The translations under genes and the position numbers were made by a program. A stretch of DNA of 31,579 nucleotides from a virus (Duplodnaviria; Caudoviricetes), in the IMG/VR virus record IMGVR_UViG_3300011337_000301, positions 1 through 31,579 of that record. The stretch is one strand, 5' to 3'. How positions within the stretch are numbered: position 1 is the first letter of the stretch; every line of letters begins with the position of its first letter. Under the pieces are notes generated by a model. That model saw only the letters and a list, made by a program, of their open reading frames with translations. It was not told the DNA's origin and did not search any database. This document shows, piece after piece, positions 1-9,533 of the stretch.

Positions 1-149
1 TCATGTATAAAAGAAAGTGGGACAGCAAGTAAGTATTTGATGGCTGATGGTTCTGTTTCAACATTTGCAGGTGTTACAGGATCAGGATCAACAAATTATA
101 TTCCAAAATGGACATCTGCAAGTGGATTAGGGAATAGTGTAATTTATGA
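1..149. repeat. Terminal direct repeat, copy 1 (circular assembly overlap)
   Basis: 1-149 matches 31431-31579 except at positions 5, 9, 25 and 31. Confidence 0.95.
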
Positions 150-2400
150 TCATTCTGATGCAATATCAATAGCAACGACATCAAATATAAATGGAGTAAG
201 ATTGCAGGTTGCAGCATCATCAGCGAGTTGGATTAGTGGAACATTCGGTGGAACAGGGAATGGTGATAAAGTTGTAATTGGTAATATTGCAGGGCCAACA
301 ATTGGTGGTCATAATTCGGCATTATCTGCATGGAGTACATTAGCGATCAACCCTGATGGTGGCAATGTAATGGTTGGAACACAAACAAATTCAGGATACA
401 AATTTGATGTAAACGGAACAGGTAGATTTAGTGGAGTTTTAACAATTAAAACATCATCTGTTGGGGGATCATATTATGGTGGATTAATTGTTGAGGAAAA
501 TAGCGAGGCTGCAATACAAATAAAAGGATTAAATTATAGTTCAATTTATTTTTCAGATGCCGCAAATGCTTATGAGGCAGCAATAGTATATAATCATTCA
601 ACAAATAATTTAGAATTAAGAGGAAGTGGGAATACTGCTGATTTGACCATTGCATCAAATGGAGGAGGGTTGTTTTCAAGCACATTACAAACTAATGGAA
701 ACATAGGTATTAGGGTTACACCATCAACGGCAGCAGATCAATATTTAACAACAGGAGATGCAGGTATTGCAAATTCAAATACATATTTTGGGACGGGTCA
801 AGTTCGTATTGGTGGTGGAGCAGATCACGTTGCAAATACAGTTTTATCAGTTGCACCGGGTGTTGTTAATTTTGACAGACCGGGTGTTGGTGGTGGAGCA
901 TTAAAGATATTTAGTAATGGTAATATTGGAATTAACCAAACAACAGATGGAGGTTATAAACTTGATGTAAATGGATCTGTAAGGTTTTCAAGTAGTTTAA
1001 CTGCAACATCATTAAGCATAGCATCAACAGCTAATTCAACAAATCCTGCGTCAGGTTCAATAGTTTCAGCAGGTGGTTTGGGTTTAGGAGGAGATATTTT
1101 TATGCACCCATTTAATGCTAATCAATCAAATTATGGTTACATAAAAACAGCAGCAACAAGTGTAAATACAACAACATTAACAATTGGAACAACATATGGA
1201 TTTGGAGTAAATGTTGATGCACTAAGTATATATAATGGATCAGCAACATTTTCAGGAAGTATATCAGCTACAAGTTTATATTTGAATGGTTCTGATTCAG
1301 GAGGTACAATAGCATATATAAGTACAAATGTAAATGGTTTACCTGCAACAAATGGAATAGCACAACCAAATGCCGCATTACGTTTAAGAGGTGGAGACAA
1401 TGCAATTTTAGATTTTGGATTAAATAGTGTAAATACTTGGATTCAGGCAACAGATAAAAGTTCATTAGGAACTTATTATAATATTTTATTAAATCCAAGA
1501 GGTGGAAATATAGGTGTTGGTGTGACTGCTCCGGGAGAGAAATTTGAGGTGAATGGATCAATTAAAGCCATAGGCAGAACAGTTTTAGCAACATCAACAG
1601 GTGGTTTGACTATGGGTTATGAATCAGGAATTGGATATTTGGAAACTTGGAATAGTTCGCCATTAATTATACGAACATATAATTATCAATCTTTTAATGT
1701 TAGTGGAACACAATATTTGAAAATTAATACAAATGGAAACATTTTAGTTAATACTAATACAGACGCAGGATATAACCTTTATGTAAATGGACAAATTTCA
1801 ATGGATACAGGTTCATTTAAAGCAATATTAGGATCATTACAAGCATCATGGGGTGGTAGTACAGCATATCCAACATTATATGGTAATACAGCAGATAGGT
1901 GGGTAATGCATATTAATCCACATATTACATATACACAAAATGGTGTGAATGGATATACAGGAACAACATATGGTGCAATGCTTAGAATGGCAGGAAATGC
2001 ATCGGCTTCAGTATATTGGGATTTAGGAGTTGGTGTTTGCAATGTTGGTGCTGATGTTTTTGCAATTGGTCGAAATAGTACAGCATTAGTTACCATTTCA
2101 AATGGTGGAAATATTACAGCAGCAGCATTTTTTGAATCATCAGATATTCGCCTAAAAACTTTAATTGAAAACAATCCAATTATTGATGGAATTGAAAAAT
2201 TAGAGGCTAAATTGTACGAAAAGAATGGCAAAATTGAATTAGGATATTTTGCACAGGATGCTGAATTAATAATTCCACACGCAGTTCAAAAAGGAACAGA
2301 TGGATTTTTGAATTTATCGTATCGTGAGGTACACACGGCAAAAATTGCAAGATTGGAACAAAGGGTTGAAGAATTAGAAAAACAATTAAACCTGAATTGA
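1..2400 (+). CDS. Long tail fibre, C-terminal part, ending in an intramolecular chaperone (peptidase S74) domain
   Basis: Gly/Asn/Thr-rich repeats GNIGI...YKLDVNG; C-terminal SDIRLK motif (nt ~2140), then GYFAQD and a terminal coiled coil. Confidence 0.9.
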   Translation, partial: SCIKESGTASKYLMADGSVSTFAGVTGSGSTNYIPKWTSASGLGNSVIYDHSDAISIATTSNINGVRLQVAASSASWISGTFGGTGNGDKVVIGNIAGPTIGGHNSALSAWSTLAINPDGGNVMVGTQTNSGYKFDVNGTGRFSGVLTIKTSSVGGSYYGGLIVEENSEAAIQIKGLNYSSIYFSDAANAYEAAIVYNHSTNNLELRGSGNTADLTIASNGGGLFSSTLQTNGNIGIRVTPSTAADQYLTTGDAGIANSNTYFGTGQVRIGGGADHVANTVLSVAPGVVNFDRPGVGGGALKIFSNGNIGINQTTDGGYKLDVNGSVRFSSSLTATSLSIASTANSTNPASGSIVSAGGLGLGGDIFMHPFNANQSNYGYIKTAATSVNTTTLTIGTTYGFGVNVDALSIYNGSATFSGSISATSLYLNGSDSGGTIAYISTNVNGLPATNGIAQPNAALRLRGGDNAILDFGLNSVNTWIQATDKSSLGTYYNILLNPRGGNIGVGVTAPGEKFEVNGSIKAIGRTVLATSTGGLTMGYESGIGYLETWNSSPLIIRTYNYQSFNVSGTQYLKINTNGNILVNTNTDAGYNLYVNGQISMDTGSFKAILGSLQASWGGSTAYPTLYGNTADRWVMHINPHITYTQNGVNGYTGTTYGAMLRMAGNASASVYWDLGVGVCNVGADVFAIGRNSTALVTISNGGNITAAAFFESSDIRLKTLIENNPIIDGIEKLEAKLYEKNGKIELGYFAQDAELIIPHAVQKGTDGFLNLSYREVHTAKIARLEQRVEELEKQLNLN

Positions 2401-2401
2401 T

Positions 2402-2845
2402 ATGCAATGGACATCAGTCGCATCAAATCAAACTGTTTCTTGGGATAGCTTAATAAATGCCTGCAATAATGGGTATTTTTTACAATTGCTACCAATGCCA
2501 CCATCAGGTGTTCCGGCAGGCCGTTGTGTGCGCAGGGAATTAATTCAATCTTATATTGATATTCAATCAGCACCATTGTCAGGCATTCCAAATAATCGTT
2601 TGGTTGTTAAAAGTCAATTGGTGGCAAATACATACACGTATTATCAATTGAATGCGTGTAATGGAGGCGCAGCGGCTTGGACACGTATTGCCCCAACATT
2701 AGGATATGGGCAACGGTATATTTTACCAAGTTCAACACCGGTTTATTATTGGTATAATGGAGTTTCACAAGGGCCACAAACAAATATTCCATCAGGGTAC
2801 AATGGATCAATTCAGATTGTAAGTGGTGCAACGTATTGTCCATAA
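2402..2845 (+). CDS. Hypothetical protein, probably fibre-associated
   Basis: 147-aa ORF directly after the fibre gene; Cys/Tyr/Pro-rich. Confidence 0.6.
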   Translation: MQWTSVASNQTVSWDSLINACNNGYFLQLLPMPPSGVPAGRCVRRELIQSYIDIQSAPLSGIPNNRLVVKSQLVANTYTYYQLNACNGGAAAWTRIAPTLGYGQRYILPSSTPVYYWYNGVSQGPQTNIPSGYNGSIQIVSGATYCP

Positions 2846-2849
2846 TGAG

Positions 2850-2857
2850 TATATTTG
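2850..2857 (+). promoter_or_regulatory. Bacteroidota -7 promoter element (TATATTTG)
   Basis: Exact TAnnTTTG in the intergenic gap before ORF 2886. Confidence 0.55.
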
Positions 2858-2885
2858 CATATTATTAATCCAATCAACATAAAAA

Positions 2886-3296
2886 ATGGCAAAAACAATC
2901 AAAAAGAATTACGCAGAAATCATCGTATTAGCACAGGTGCTGAAACATTTTGTCGAGGATGGCAAAACAAAGGCACAAAAGAAATTGGCTAAAATTAGCG
3001 AGAAATTAAAGCCATATTTGGAAAAATATGATGAATTAGCAGATGATTTGCGTTTAGACAATGCATCAGTTGATAAAGATGGCAATCTATTATTGAAAGA
3101 AAATGGAGGCTATTTTTACACCAAAGAGAATTTGAAGAAATTAAACGCAGAATCAAAGAAATTGAATTTAACTGAGGTTGAATTTGAGGTTATTGAAATC
3201 ATCAATCCTGATGGATTAGAAGAATTTGTGTGGTTGAAAGATTGGGTGAATGGTGTTGATTTCAAAGAAATTGAAATAGAAACAGTAGAAATTTAA
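2886..3296 (+). CDS. Hypothetical charged helical protein (possible fibre chaperone)
   Basis: 136-aa K/E-rich ORF within the fibre cluster; function inferred from position only. Confidence 0.55.
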   Translation: MAKTIKKNYAEIIVLAQVLKHFVEDGKTKAQKKLAKISEKLKPYLEKYDELADDLRLDNASVDKDGNLLLKENGGYFYTKENLKKLNAESKKLNLTEVEFEVIEIINPDGLEEFVWLKDWVNGVDFKEIEIETVEI

Positions 3297-3300
3297 GATA

Positions 3301-3630
3301 ATGAAAACAATCGAACCGGTTTCAATTTGGGACAATGGATCAGTAAAGGAAGCCAAAGTGTTAAACGCATATGCGGTGAATGTAACGTTGGGCAATTCGG
3401 CAACGTTTTATTACTCATTAAGCGCAGAAAATGATGACCAAACATTAGGCGTACAGGTTGCACAAGGCAATTTGACAATGACAGGCGATGCGTATGCAAA
3501 ATGGACTGTTGATGCGTATGCGTGGGATTGGGTTGCAGAGCAATTGAATTTGACCATCACAGGCGATTATATTCCACCTGTGCCACCACAACCTGAAACA
3601 CAACCGGGAATCGAATCACCGGCAGTTTAG
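3301..3630 (+). CDS. Hypothetical fibre-associated protein
   Basis: 109-aa ORF with a Pro-rich tail, in the fibre cluster. Confidence 0.55.
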   Translation: MKTIEPVSIWDNGSVKEAKVLNAYAVNVTLGNSATFYYSLSAENDDQTLGVQVAQGNLTMTGDAYAKWTVDAYAWDWVAEQLNLTITGDYIPPVPPQPETQPGIESPAV

Positions 3631-4080
3631 ATGGCATTAGTAAACGGCACAAATGTTGTTTTGTATGAAGGCGATGTGGCATTGGGACATTCCAAATCAG
3701 CCACAATGTCTTTGCAAATGGATATGGCCGAATTTACAAACAAAGATTCGCAAGGTTGGAAAGAGGTGTTGGCCGGTAAACGTTCAGCATCCTTTTCAGC
3801 CGAAGGGTTGATTGATTATTCTGATCAGGTCAATTTTAATGATTTTGCAGAACGTATCATCACACGATCAGAGGTGCAATGGGTTTTCCAAACGGAGGGG
3901 ATGTTTTACTATGGGTTGGGATATATCACAGATGTGGAACAGGTTTCACAAATGGAAAACTTTTCAACGTATTCGGTTGATTTTAATATTTCGGGCCGTA
4001 TTTATACCGATGCACGATTGATTTGGAATCAAGTGTTTACCAATTGGGAAAACTTAAATATTCAATGGCAAAATGTATAA
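3631..4080 (+). CDS. Tail tube protein paralog 1 (TP901-1-like) with Trp-periodic C-terminal extension
   Basis: NGT...H..S.T.S...D....T.KDS.GW.E...G.RS...S.EGL pattern; aligns along its length with 4133..4543. Confidence 0.75.
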   Translation: MALVNGTNVVLYEGDVALGHSKSATMSLQMDMAEFTNKDSQGWKEVLAGKRSASFSAEGLIDYSDQVNFNDFAERIITRSEVQWVFQTEGMFYYGLGYITDVEQVSQMENFSTYSVDFNISGRIYTDARLIWNQVFTNWENLNIQWQNV

Positions 4081-4091
4081 TTGAATTTCAA

Positions 4092-4099
4092 TATATTTG
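4092..4099 (+). promoter_or_regulatory. -7 promoter element TATATTTG before the major tail gene
   Basis: Exact TAnnTTTG followed by an A-rich leader. Confidence 0.55.
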
Positions 4100-4132
4100 C
4101 ATAAAATAAGAGCATAAAAATTAAACAAAAAT

Positions 4133-4543
4133 ATGGCAACATCGGGAGTATTTAACGGCACGAACCTATTAATCAAAGTTGAAGGAACGGCTATTGCACA
4201 CACAACATCTTGCACATTGTCTATTTCACAAGACATTGCAGATGCAACAACAAAAAATTCAGGCGGTTGGTCTGAGGGAATCAGCGGTTTACGTTCAGGC
4301 GAAATTTCGTTTGATGGTTTAGTGAACTACGCATCGGCTGCAAATGCTGAGGAATTAGTTGATTTCGTTTTAAACCGTACAATTGTAACGTGTGTGTTCG
4401 GTACATCAGCAACAGGTGATGTGATTTACACAGCGGAAGGTTACATTGCATCAATCGAGCAAACAGCAGAGATGGAAGCGGCGGTGACTTTCTCAGGATC
4501 AATCACATTGACAGGCGCAATCGTTAAGTCAGTAAACGCATAA
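4133..4543 (+). CDS. Major tail tube protein (TP901-1-like)
   Basis: FNGTNLL...TTKNSGGW.E...GLRS.EISFDGL motif; highly expressed-type codons; own promoter motif and downstream hairpin; precedes the tail chaperones. Confidence 0.85.
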   Translation: MATSGVFNGTNLLIKVEGTAIAHTTSCTLSISQDIADATTKNSGGWSEGISGLRSGEISFDGLVNYASAANAEELVDFVLNRTIVTCVFGTSATGDVIYTAEGYIASIEQTAEMEAAVTFSGSITLTGAIVKSVNA

Positions 4544-4565
4544 TTTACTGATTGCAAAATATATT

Positions 4566-4596
4566 CCCCTGCATCAGTAAAATGGTGCAGGGGTTT
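4566..4596 (+). terminator. Hairpin/attenuator after the major tail gene
   Basis: CCCCTGCATCA / TGGTGCAGGGG stem followed by TTT. Confidence 0.65.
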
Positions 4597-4622
4597 AGAG
4601 TTTATCACCTAATCAAACAAAT

Positions 4623-5012
4623 ATGGAAAATCGCAAACGTGGTTATTGTCAATTGAATATTGGCGGTCAAGATCGCACACTACATTTTTCGATGAATTTT
4701 TGGGTTGCATTCGAGGAAGCGAGTGGACACAAAATATCTGAAATCGATCAAGTTTTTTCAAACGGAATTTCTTTAAACACTATTCGTGCATTAGTTTATG
4801 CAGGATTGTTAGCATATGATCAGGAAAACGGAAATAAGCCTGATTATACCATTTTCACAGTTGGTGAATGGATGGAGGATTTACAACCTGAATCATTGAC
4901 ATTATTGACAAACACATTGATGGAATCACGTGTATTGGGTAATGACTTGAATGCAGGTGTTCGCAGAAATGTTGAAAAATCCACAAAAAACCCAAAGCAG
5001 ATCAACCCCTAA
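4623..5012 (+). CDS. Tail assembly chaperone (gpG-like)
   Basis: Lies between the tube and tape-measure genes; ends with an in-frame slippery heptamer. Confidence 0.8.
   Translation: MENRKRGYCQLNIGGQDRTLHFSMNFWVAFEEASGHKISEIDQVFSNGISLNTIRALVYAGLLAYDQENGNKPDYTIFTVGEWMEDLQPESLTLLTNTLMESRVLGNDLNAGVRRNVEKSTKNPKQINP
4985..4991 (+). other. -1 programmed frameshift site A AAA AAC
   Basis: X XXY YYZ in the gpG frame; the -1 frame is open (KKPKADQPLTWDRMLDF...) and continuous with ORF 5024..5326. Confidence 0.8.
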
Positions 5013-5326
5013 CGTGGGACAGAATGCTTGATTTTTACATAGGTCAGGCAGGTATTTCACCGGATCAGTTTTGGCGCAATACTTGGAAAGAAAATGCGTT
5101 GTTGGGGGAAAGTTGGAGTGTAAACGTGAATTTGAATTGGGAAATGGCCCGATATATTTCCACAATGATTGTCAATTCGAATGCCGTTAAGAAATCACAA
5201 ATAATTACACCTGATAAATTATTCCCGTTGCCACAGGATGTGTATTTGGAGAAAGGCAAACCGAAATCGACACCGGAACAATTCAAAGCATTTTTAGAGA
5301 AAATTGAAAAAAGTCAATCCAAATAA
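4985..5326 (+). CDS. gpT-like segment of the gpGT frameshift fusion
   Basis: In the -1 frame relative to 4623..5012; G.SP..FW..T..E motif typical of gpT regions. Confidence 0.75.
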   Translation, partial: KKPKADQPLTWDRMLDFYIGQAGISPDQFWRNTWKENALLGESWSVNVNLNWEMARYISTMIVNSNAVKKSQIITPDKLFPLPQDVYLEKGKPKSTPEQFKAFLEKIEKSQSK

Positions 5327-5343
5327 TGGGTTGGCTTTTTTTT
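5311..5343 (+). terminator. Intrinsic terminator before the tape measure gene
   Basis: AAGTCAATCCA / TGGGTTGGCTT stem followed by a T run. Confidence 0.65.
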
Positions 5344-5355
5344 TAACTTTACATT

Positions 5356-7593
5356 ATGGCAGAGGAATTAAAAGTACGAATTACCGGTGATGCAACCGAT
5401 TTGGATTTAGCATTATCGGATGCACAGAAATCGTTGGTTGCGTTTTCTAAGAAGGCAGCAGATTTGGGCAAAACAATGTCCACATATGTGACTGCACCAT
5501 TATTGGCGGCCGGTGCTGCATCAATTAAAATGGCATCTGATTTCAATGAATCATTGAACAAAGTGGATGTGTCATTTAAAAGTGCATCAGGATCGGTCAC
5601 AGATTTTGCAAAAACATCATTAAAAACATACGGTATTGCATCAGGCACAGCATTGGATATGGCATCCAATTTTGGTGATATGGCAACATCAATGGGATTG
5701 GGTGTTGGTGAGGCTGCAAAATTATCGACATCATTGGTTGGATTGGCCGGTGATATGGCATCATTTAAAAACATTCGAATTGATGTTGCACAAACAGCAT
5801 TAAACGGAATTTTTACCGGTGAAACCGAATCATTGAAGCGATTGGGTATTGTAATGACCGAAGCCAACGTGAAAGCCTATGCATTTTCACAAGGGATCAC
5901 AAAGCAATACGATACAATGTCACAGGCAGAAAAAGTGATGTTAAGGTATCAATATGTGATGTCAGTCACAAAGAATGCACAAGGTGATTTTGCACGAACC
6001 AATGAAAACGCAGCCAATCAGATGCGTATGTTCGGTGAAGGCATTAAACAATTAAGTGCTGAAATTGGACAGGTAATGTTGCCGGCAGTCACATCAATTG
6101 TAAGGGCAGCAAATGGAATGATTTCAGGATTTTCGGATGCTAATGATTCCACAAAAACGTTGATTGTTACATTGGGAGGAATTGCAGCAGCAACAGGGCC
6201 ATTGTTGTTTTTAGTTGGTACAATTGTTCCAAAAGTAATTGAGGGATTCAATTTGATGAATGCCGCTGCAATCAAATTCAATTTGACATTAAGCACGGCA
6301 GGTGGAATTGCTACATTAGCAACGATGTTGGGCATTGCTGCGAAATCGGCATATGATTTTGCATCAGCATTGAAACCTGATAATAAATTAACCGAAGCGC
6401 AGAAAAAGGATGTAAATGCCATAAAAGAAAAAAACACCGAAATTCTTGCATCCATTGAATTGCTAAAAAAGCAAAAGGCAATGGCATCAGGTGTCAAAAC
6501 CGGTATGGATGCGGCAGGTGGTGTTTCGGTTGCAGGTATTGATGTACAAATTGCAGCACAACAAAAATTGTTGGCACAAAACAATGCATTAATTGCAGGA
6601 ATTCAAAAGAAACAACAAGAAGAATCCAAAGCGGCACAAAAGGCAACAGAGGATGCTGACAAAGCAGCAAAAGCAGAACAAAAAAGGGTTTCCGATGCAT
6701 TAGCAGGAAAAGAGAAGGCCCACAAAATTGAAAAAGATAATTTGCTTGAATTGCAATTGGCCAAATTAAAAAATGCCCAATTGGATGAAACAATTGCTAA
6801 AAAGCAGTTGGAATTAGATAAATTCAACGCATTTGGTGACACAAAAAATGTCAAAGAATTGCCAACATTTGCCGGTGATTTAGTAAAGCATTTCGAGAAA
6901 TTCCCTGCAATTGGTGAAAAGATAATGGGAATTACCACATCGATGGGATCATTGAAATCACCATTGTCTGTGATGGATGCAGCAGTTCAGGCATCAACAC
7001 AGGCACAGGGCCAAAACTTGGATCAATTAGCATCGAAATATCAGGCCATGTTAGATATGACCAATATGGTAGGCGATGCAGCGGCAAACGCATTCACCAC
7101 ATTGGGAAATTCAATTGTAGATTCAATGGGATTGGCAAAAACAGGATTAGAAGGTTTTGCAGGTCAAATGATGCAAACATTGATCCAATTGGGTGCAATG
7201 GTTGTGAAACAATTGGCTATGAACTTGGCATCATCTTTGGGATGGGTAACGCAAGGTGCAGCGCAATCAGGTGCAGCAACAGGGCCTGCGGCAATTTTTA
7301 CAACACCTGCATTTATTGCAACGGCAGTTGGTGGTGTTTTATCAGCATTTGCAGCGATTCCTAAATTCGCTGCCGGTGGTATCGTTTCAGGACCAACAAT
7401 GGGTTTGATGGGTGAATATCCGGGTGCAAAATCAAATCCGGAAGTGATCGCACCATTGTCTAAATTACAGGGAATGATTGATCAAAGTAATGGCGGAGGC
7501 GGTGGCCCAATGTCAGGTGAATTTGTATTGAGAGGTCAAGATTTGGTGGTAGCTTTGCAAAGAGCAGAAAAGCAACGAAATAGAATTGGATAA
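5356..7593 (+). CDS. Tail tape measure protein
   Basis: 745 aa, Ala/Gly-rich and helical; GETESLKRLGI and C-terminal FAAGGIVSGPT..L.GE motifs; follows the chaperones. Confidence 0.92.
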   Translation: MAEELKVRITGDATDLDLALSDAQKSLVAFSKKAADLGKTMSTYVTAPLLAAGAASIKMASDFNESLNKVDVSFKSASGSVTDFAKTSLKTYGIASGTALDMASNFGDMATSMGLGVGEAAKLSTSLVGLAGDMASFKNIRIDVAQTALNGIFTGETESLKRLGIVMTEANVKAYAFSQGITKQYDTMSQAEKVMLRYQYVMSVTKNAQGDFARTNENAANQMRMFGEGIKQLSAEIGQVMLPAVTSIVRAANGMISGFSDANDSTKTLIVTLGGIAAATGPLLFLVGTIVPKVIEGFNLMNAAAIKFNLTLSTAGGIATLATMLGIAAKSAYDFASALKPDNKLTEAQKKDVNAIKEKNTEILASIELLKKQKAMASGVKTGMDAAGGVSVAGIDVQIAAQQKLLAQNNALIAGIQKKQQEESKAAQKATEDADKAAKAEQKRVSDALAGKEKAHKIEKDNLLELQLAKLKNAQLDETIAKKQLELDKFNAFGDTKNVKELPTFAGDLVKHFEKFPAIGEKIMGITTSMGSLKSPLSVMDAAVQASTQAQGQNLDQLASKYQAMLDMTNMVGDAAANAFTTLGNSIVDSMGLAKTGLEGFAGQMMQTLIQLGAMVVKQLAMNLASSLGWVTQGAAQSGAATGPAAIFTTPAFIATAVGGVLSAFAAIPKFAAGGIVSGPTMGLMGEYPGAKSNPEVIAPLSKLQGMIDQSNGGGGGPMSGEFVLRGQDLVVALQRAEKQRNRIG

Positions 7594-7595
7594 TT

Positions 7596-9533
7596 ATGGC
7601 ATACGGTGTGAAATATCGTTTGGAATTTGCCGACATAAAAGGCAACAAACGCAAAATTGAGATTTTCAAAAACGGATACACCGGTGCGGTTTTGCCGATG
7701 GTTGGAACGGCAGAACCGGTAGAAATTGAGTGGAAGGCAGAAGAGGATTTATATGAACCATTGATTGGATCATTATGTACGTTGAATTTGATGGTGACTG
7801 ATGATGTCACGTACGATGATTTTTATTTGTATGATGAACGTGAATACAAATTGGTGATTTATTATGAATCATCGGCAGGTTCATGGGCCACATATTGGGC
7901 AGGATGGGTTGTAAATGATTTATATGCTGAGGCATTGGTATCAACACCATATACATTGTCTATTACAGCCACAGACAATTTGGGTCAATTAGATGGATAT
8001 GATACGTGGATGCCGGCAGTTGGCGATCCTGATCCATCGTTGTGGAAATTTATGTGGAATGCATTGTCAAATTTGCAATTAGATTTTGACATCTATATCA
8101 GCAATGATTTCAGAATTGCAACAGATTCTGCATGGAAAAATATTTTTGATCAGGTTACGGTTAAAAAATCAGGGTATTATCACGACAATTATATCATCAA
8201 TGATGCAAAAACAACATTGCGTTCAATCCTTATGGGATTCAATTGTCGCATATTCCAATCATTTGGCCGGTGGTATATTGTTAATTGTTCATCATATGGC
8301 GATCAACGTATAATTGAAGGAATTCAGGCCGGGACATACACAGGATCGGGCATTTTAACGGCAAAGCAAGGATTTTTGAATGCCGGCACTGAAAACATCA
8401 AATATTGGATTTACAATGCATCAGGGGTTGAACAATCAACAGTTACAACCAATATGCTGAAAGTTGTGCCAACCAATATGCAACCTATTGGTCAAAATTT
8501 ATACAGAACACCACACAGACCGGTCAAAAAATATCAGGAAATCATTGATATTTCACAACAGCAAATTGATTTAAATTTCAACGGATCATTTGAATTTGGG
8601 ACACAAGATTGGGTGGCTGATGTAGGATCAATTGGATCGCCAACATCAAATCCGTTTGCAGGTAAAAAGTCAGGATTTTTTATTGAAAAAACCAATAGTT
8701 TCACGACATATACGGCAAAAATGCACAGCACAACAGCAAGTGCAATGGTAACAATTGGCAATCAATATCAATTTTTGATGTCAGTTTTGGTTGAAAATGT
8801 GGGATCAATTAACAAATTGCCATATTATATCAAGATTGATGATTTGAATGGGACAAATTGGTATTATAATGGGGCATCAAATGCATCAAATTCATGGGGT
8901 ACAAACTTGACATGGAATACGGTCACAATTGATTCAACATACAAATACCAATCGTTTAAGGTGACAATGAAGGAAGCACCTGTGTCGGGCCGTATTTCCA
9001 TCCATATTGGCTATTTACAAACTAATGATAATTTAGGTCATATTGGAACAAATATTGACAATGTGGTCATCAGAAATATTGACAAAGATCAAAATCCATA
9101 CAAAGAAATTTGGTGTATTCGTGAACAAACGGATTCATATAAAACATCGGATGTAATGGAACACAAAGACATATTTCAGGCAAATGTTCCATTATATGTA
9201 TTTTTGGGAAGTTTTACGGATGGGAACACATTCAAACGTGCGCAGGATACAAATGGAACATTATTGGAGCAATTGATCACACAACAAAGGTTGAATGATT
9301 TCAGGAAATATTCAATGCAATATGAAGGTGATTTGTACAATATGGATGATTTTTCTGTGATGACAATGGCTCATAAATTATGGATCAAATTTCCAACATT
9401 AACGGAAACAGATTCAGCCATTGTCGATTCTATTAGGGTACAATTGAAATCTAATGTGTACACATGTCAATTCCACATTCCGAACAATTACACGGATGTC
9501 ACAAGCACGTACAGGGTTTCATATCAGGAATAA
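7596..9533 (+). CDS. Tail tip/hub protein with a probable carbohydrate-binding insertion
   Basis: Directly after the tape measure gene; the internal LNFNGSFE...W motif resembles the start of CBM4/9-type domains (inference). Confidence 0.65.
   Translation: MAYGVKYRLEFADIKGNKRKIEIFKNGYTGAVLPMVGTAEPVEIEWKAEEDLYEPLIGSLCTLNLMVTDDVTYDDFYLYDEREYKLVIYYESSAGSWATYWAGWVVNDLYAEALVSTPYTLSITATDNLGQLDGYDTWMPAVGDPDPSLWKFMWNALSNLQLDFDIYISNDFRIATDSAWKNIFDQVTVKKSGYYHDNYIINDAKTTLRSILMGFNCRIFQSFGRWYIVNCSSYGDQRIIEGIQAGTYTGSGILTAKQGFLNAGTENIKYWIYNASGVEQSTVTTNMLKVVPTNMQPIGQNLYRTPHRPVKKYQEIIDISQQQIDLNFNGSFEFGTQDWVADVGSIGSPTSNPFAGKKSGFFIEKTNSFTTYTAKMHSTTASAMVTIGNQYQFLMSVLVENVGSINKLPYYIKIDDLNGTNWYYNGASNASNSWGTNLTWNTVTIDSTYKYQSFKVTMKEAPVSGRISIHIGYLQTNDNLGHIGTNIDNVVIRNIDKDQNPYKEIWCIREQTDSYKTSDVMEHKDIFQANVPLYVFLGSFTDGNTFKRAQDTNGTLLEQLITQQRLNDFRKYSMQYEGDLYNMDDFSVMTMAHKLWIKFPTLTETDSAIVDSIRVQLKSNVYTCQFHIPNNYTDVTSTYRVSYQE

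Noticed and set aside
1-31. Four mismatches between the terminal repeats, read as DGR- or phase-type variation
   Set aside because: All lie in the first 31 nt of the contig and are T>G or C>A, consistent with read-end errors; no reverse transcriptase or invertase is present.
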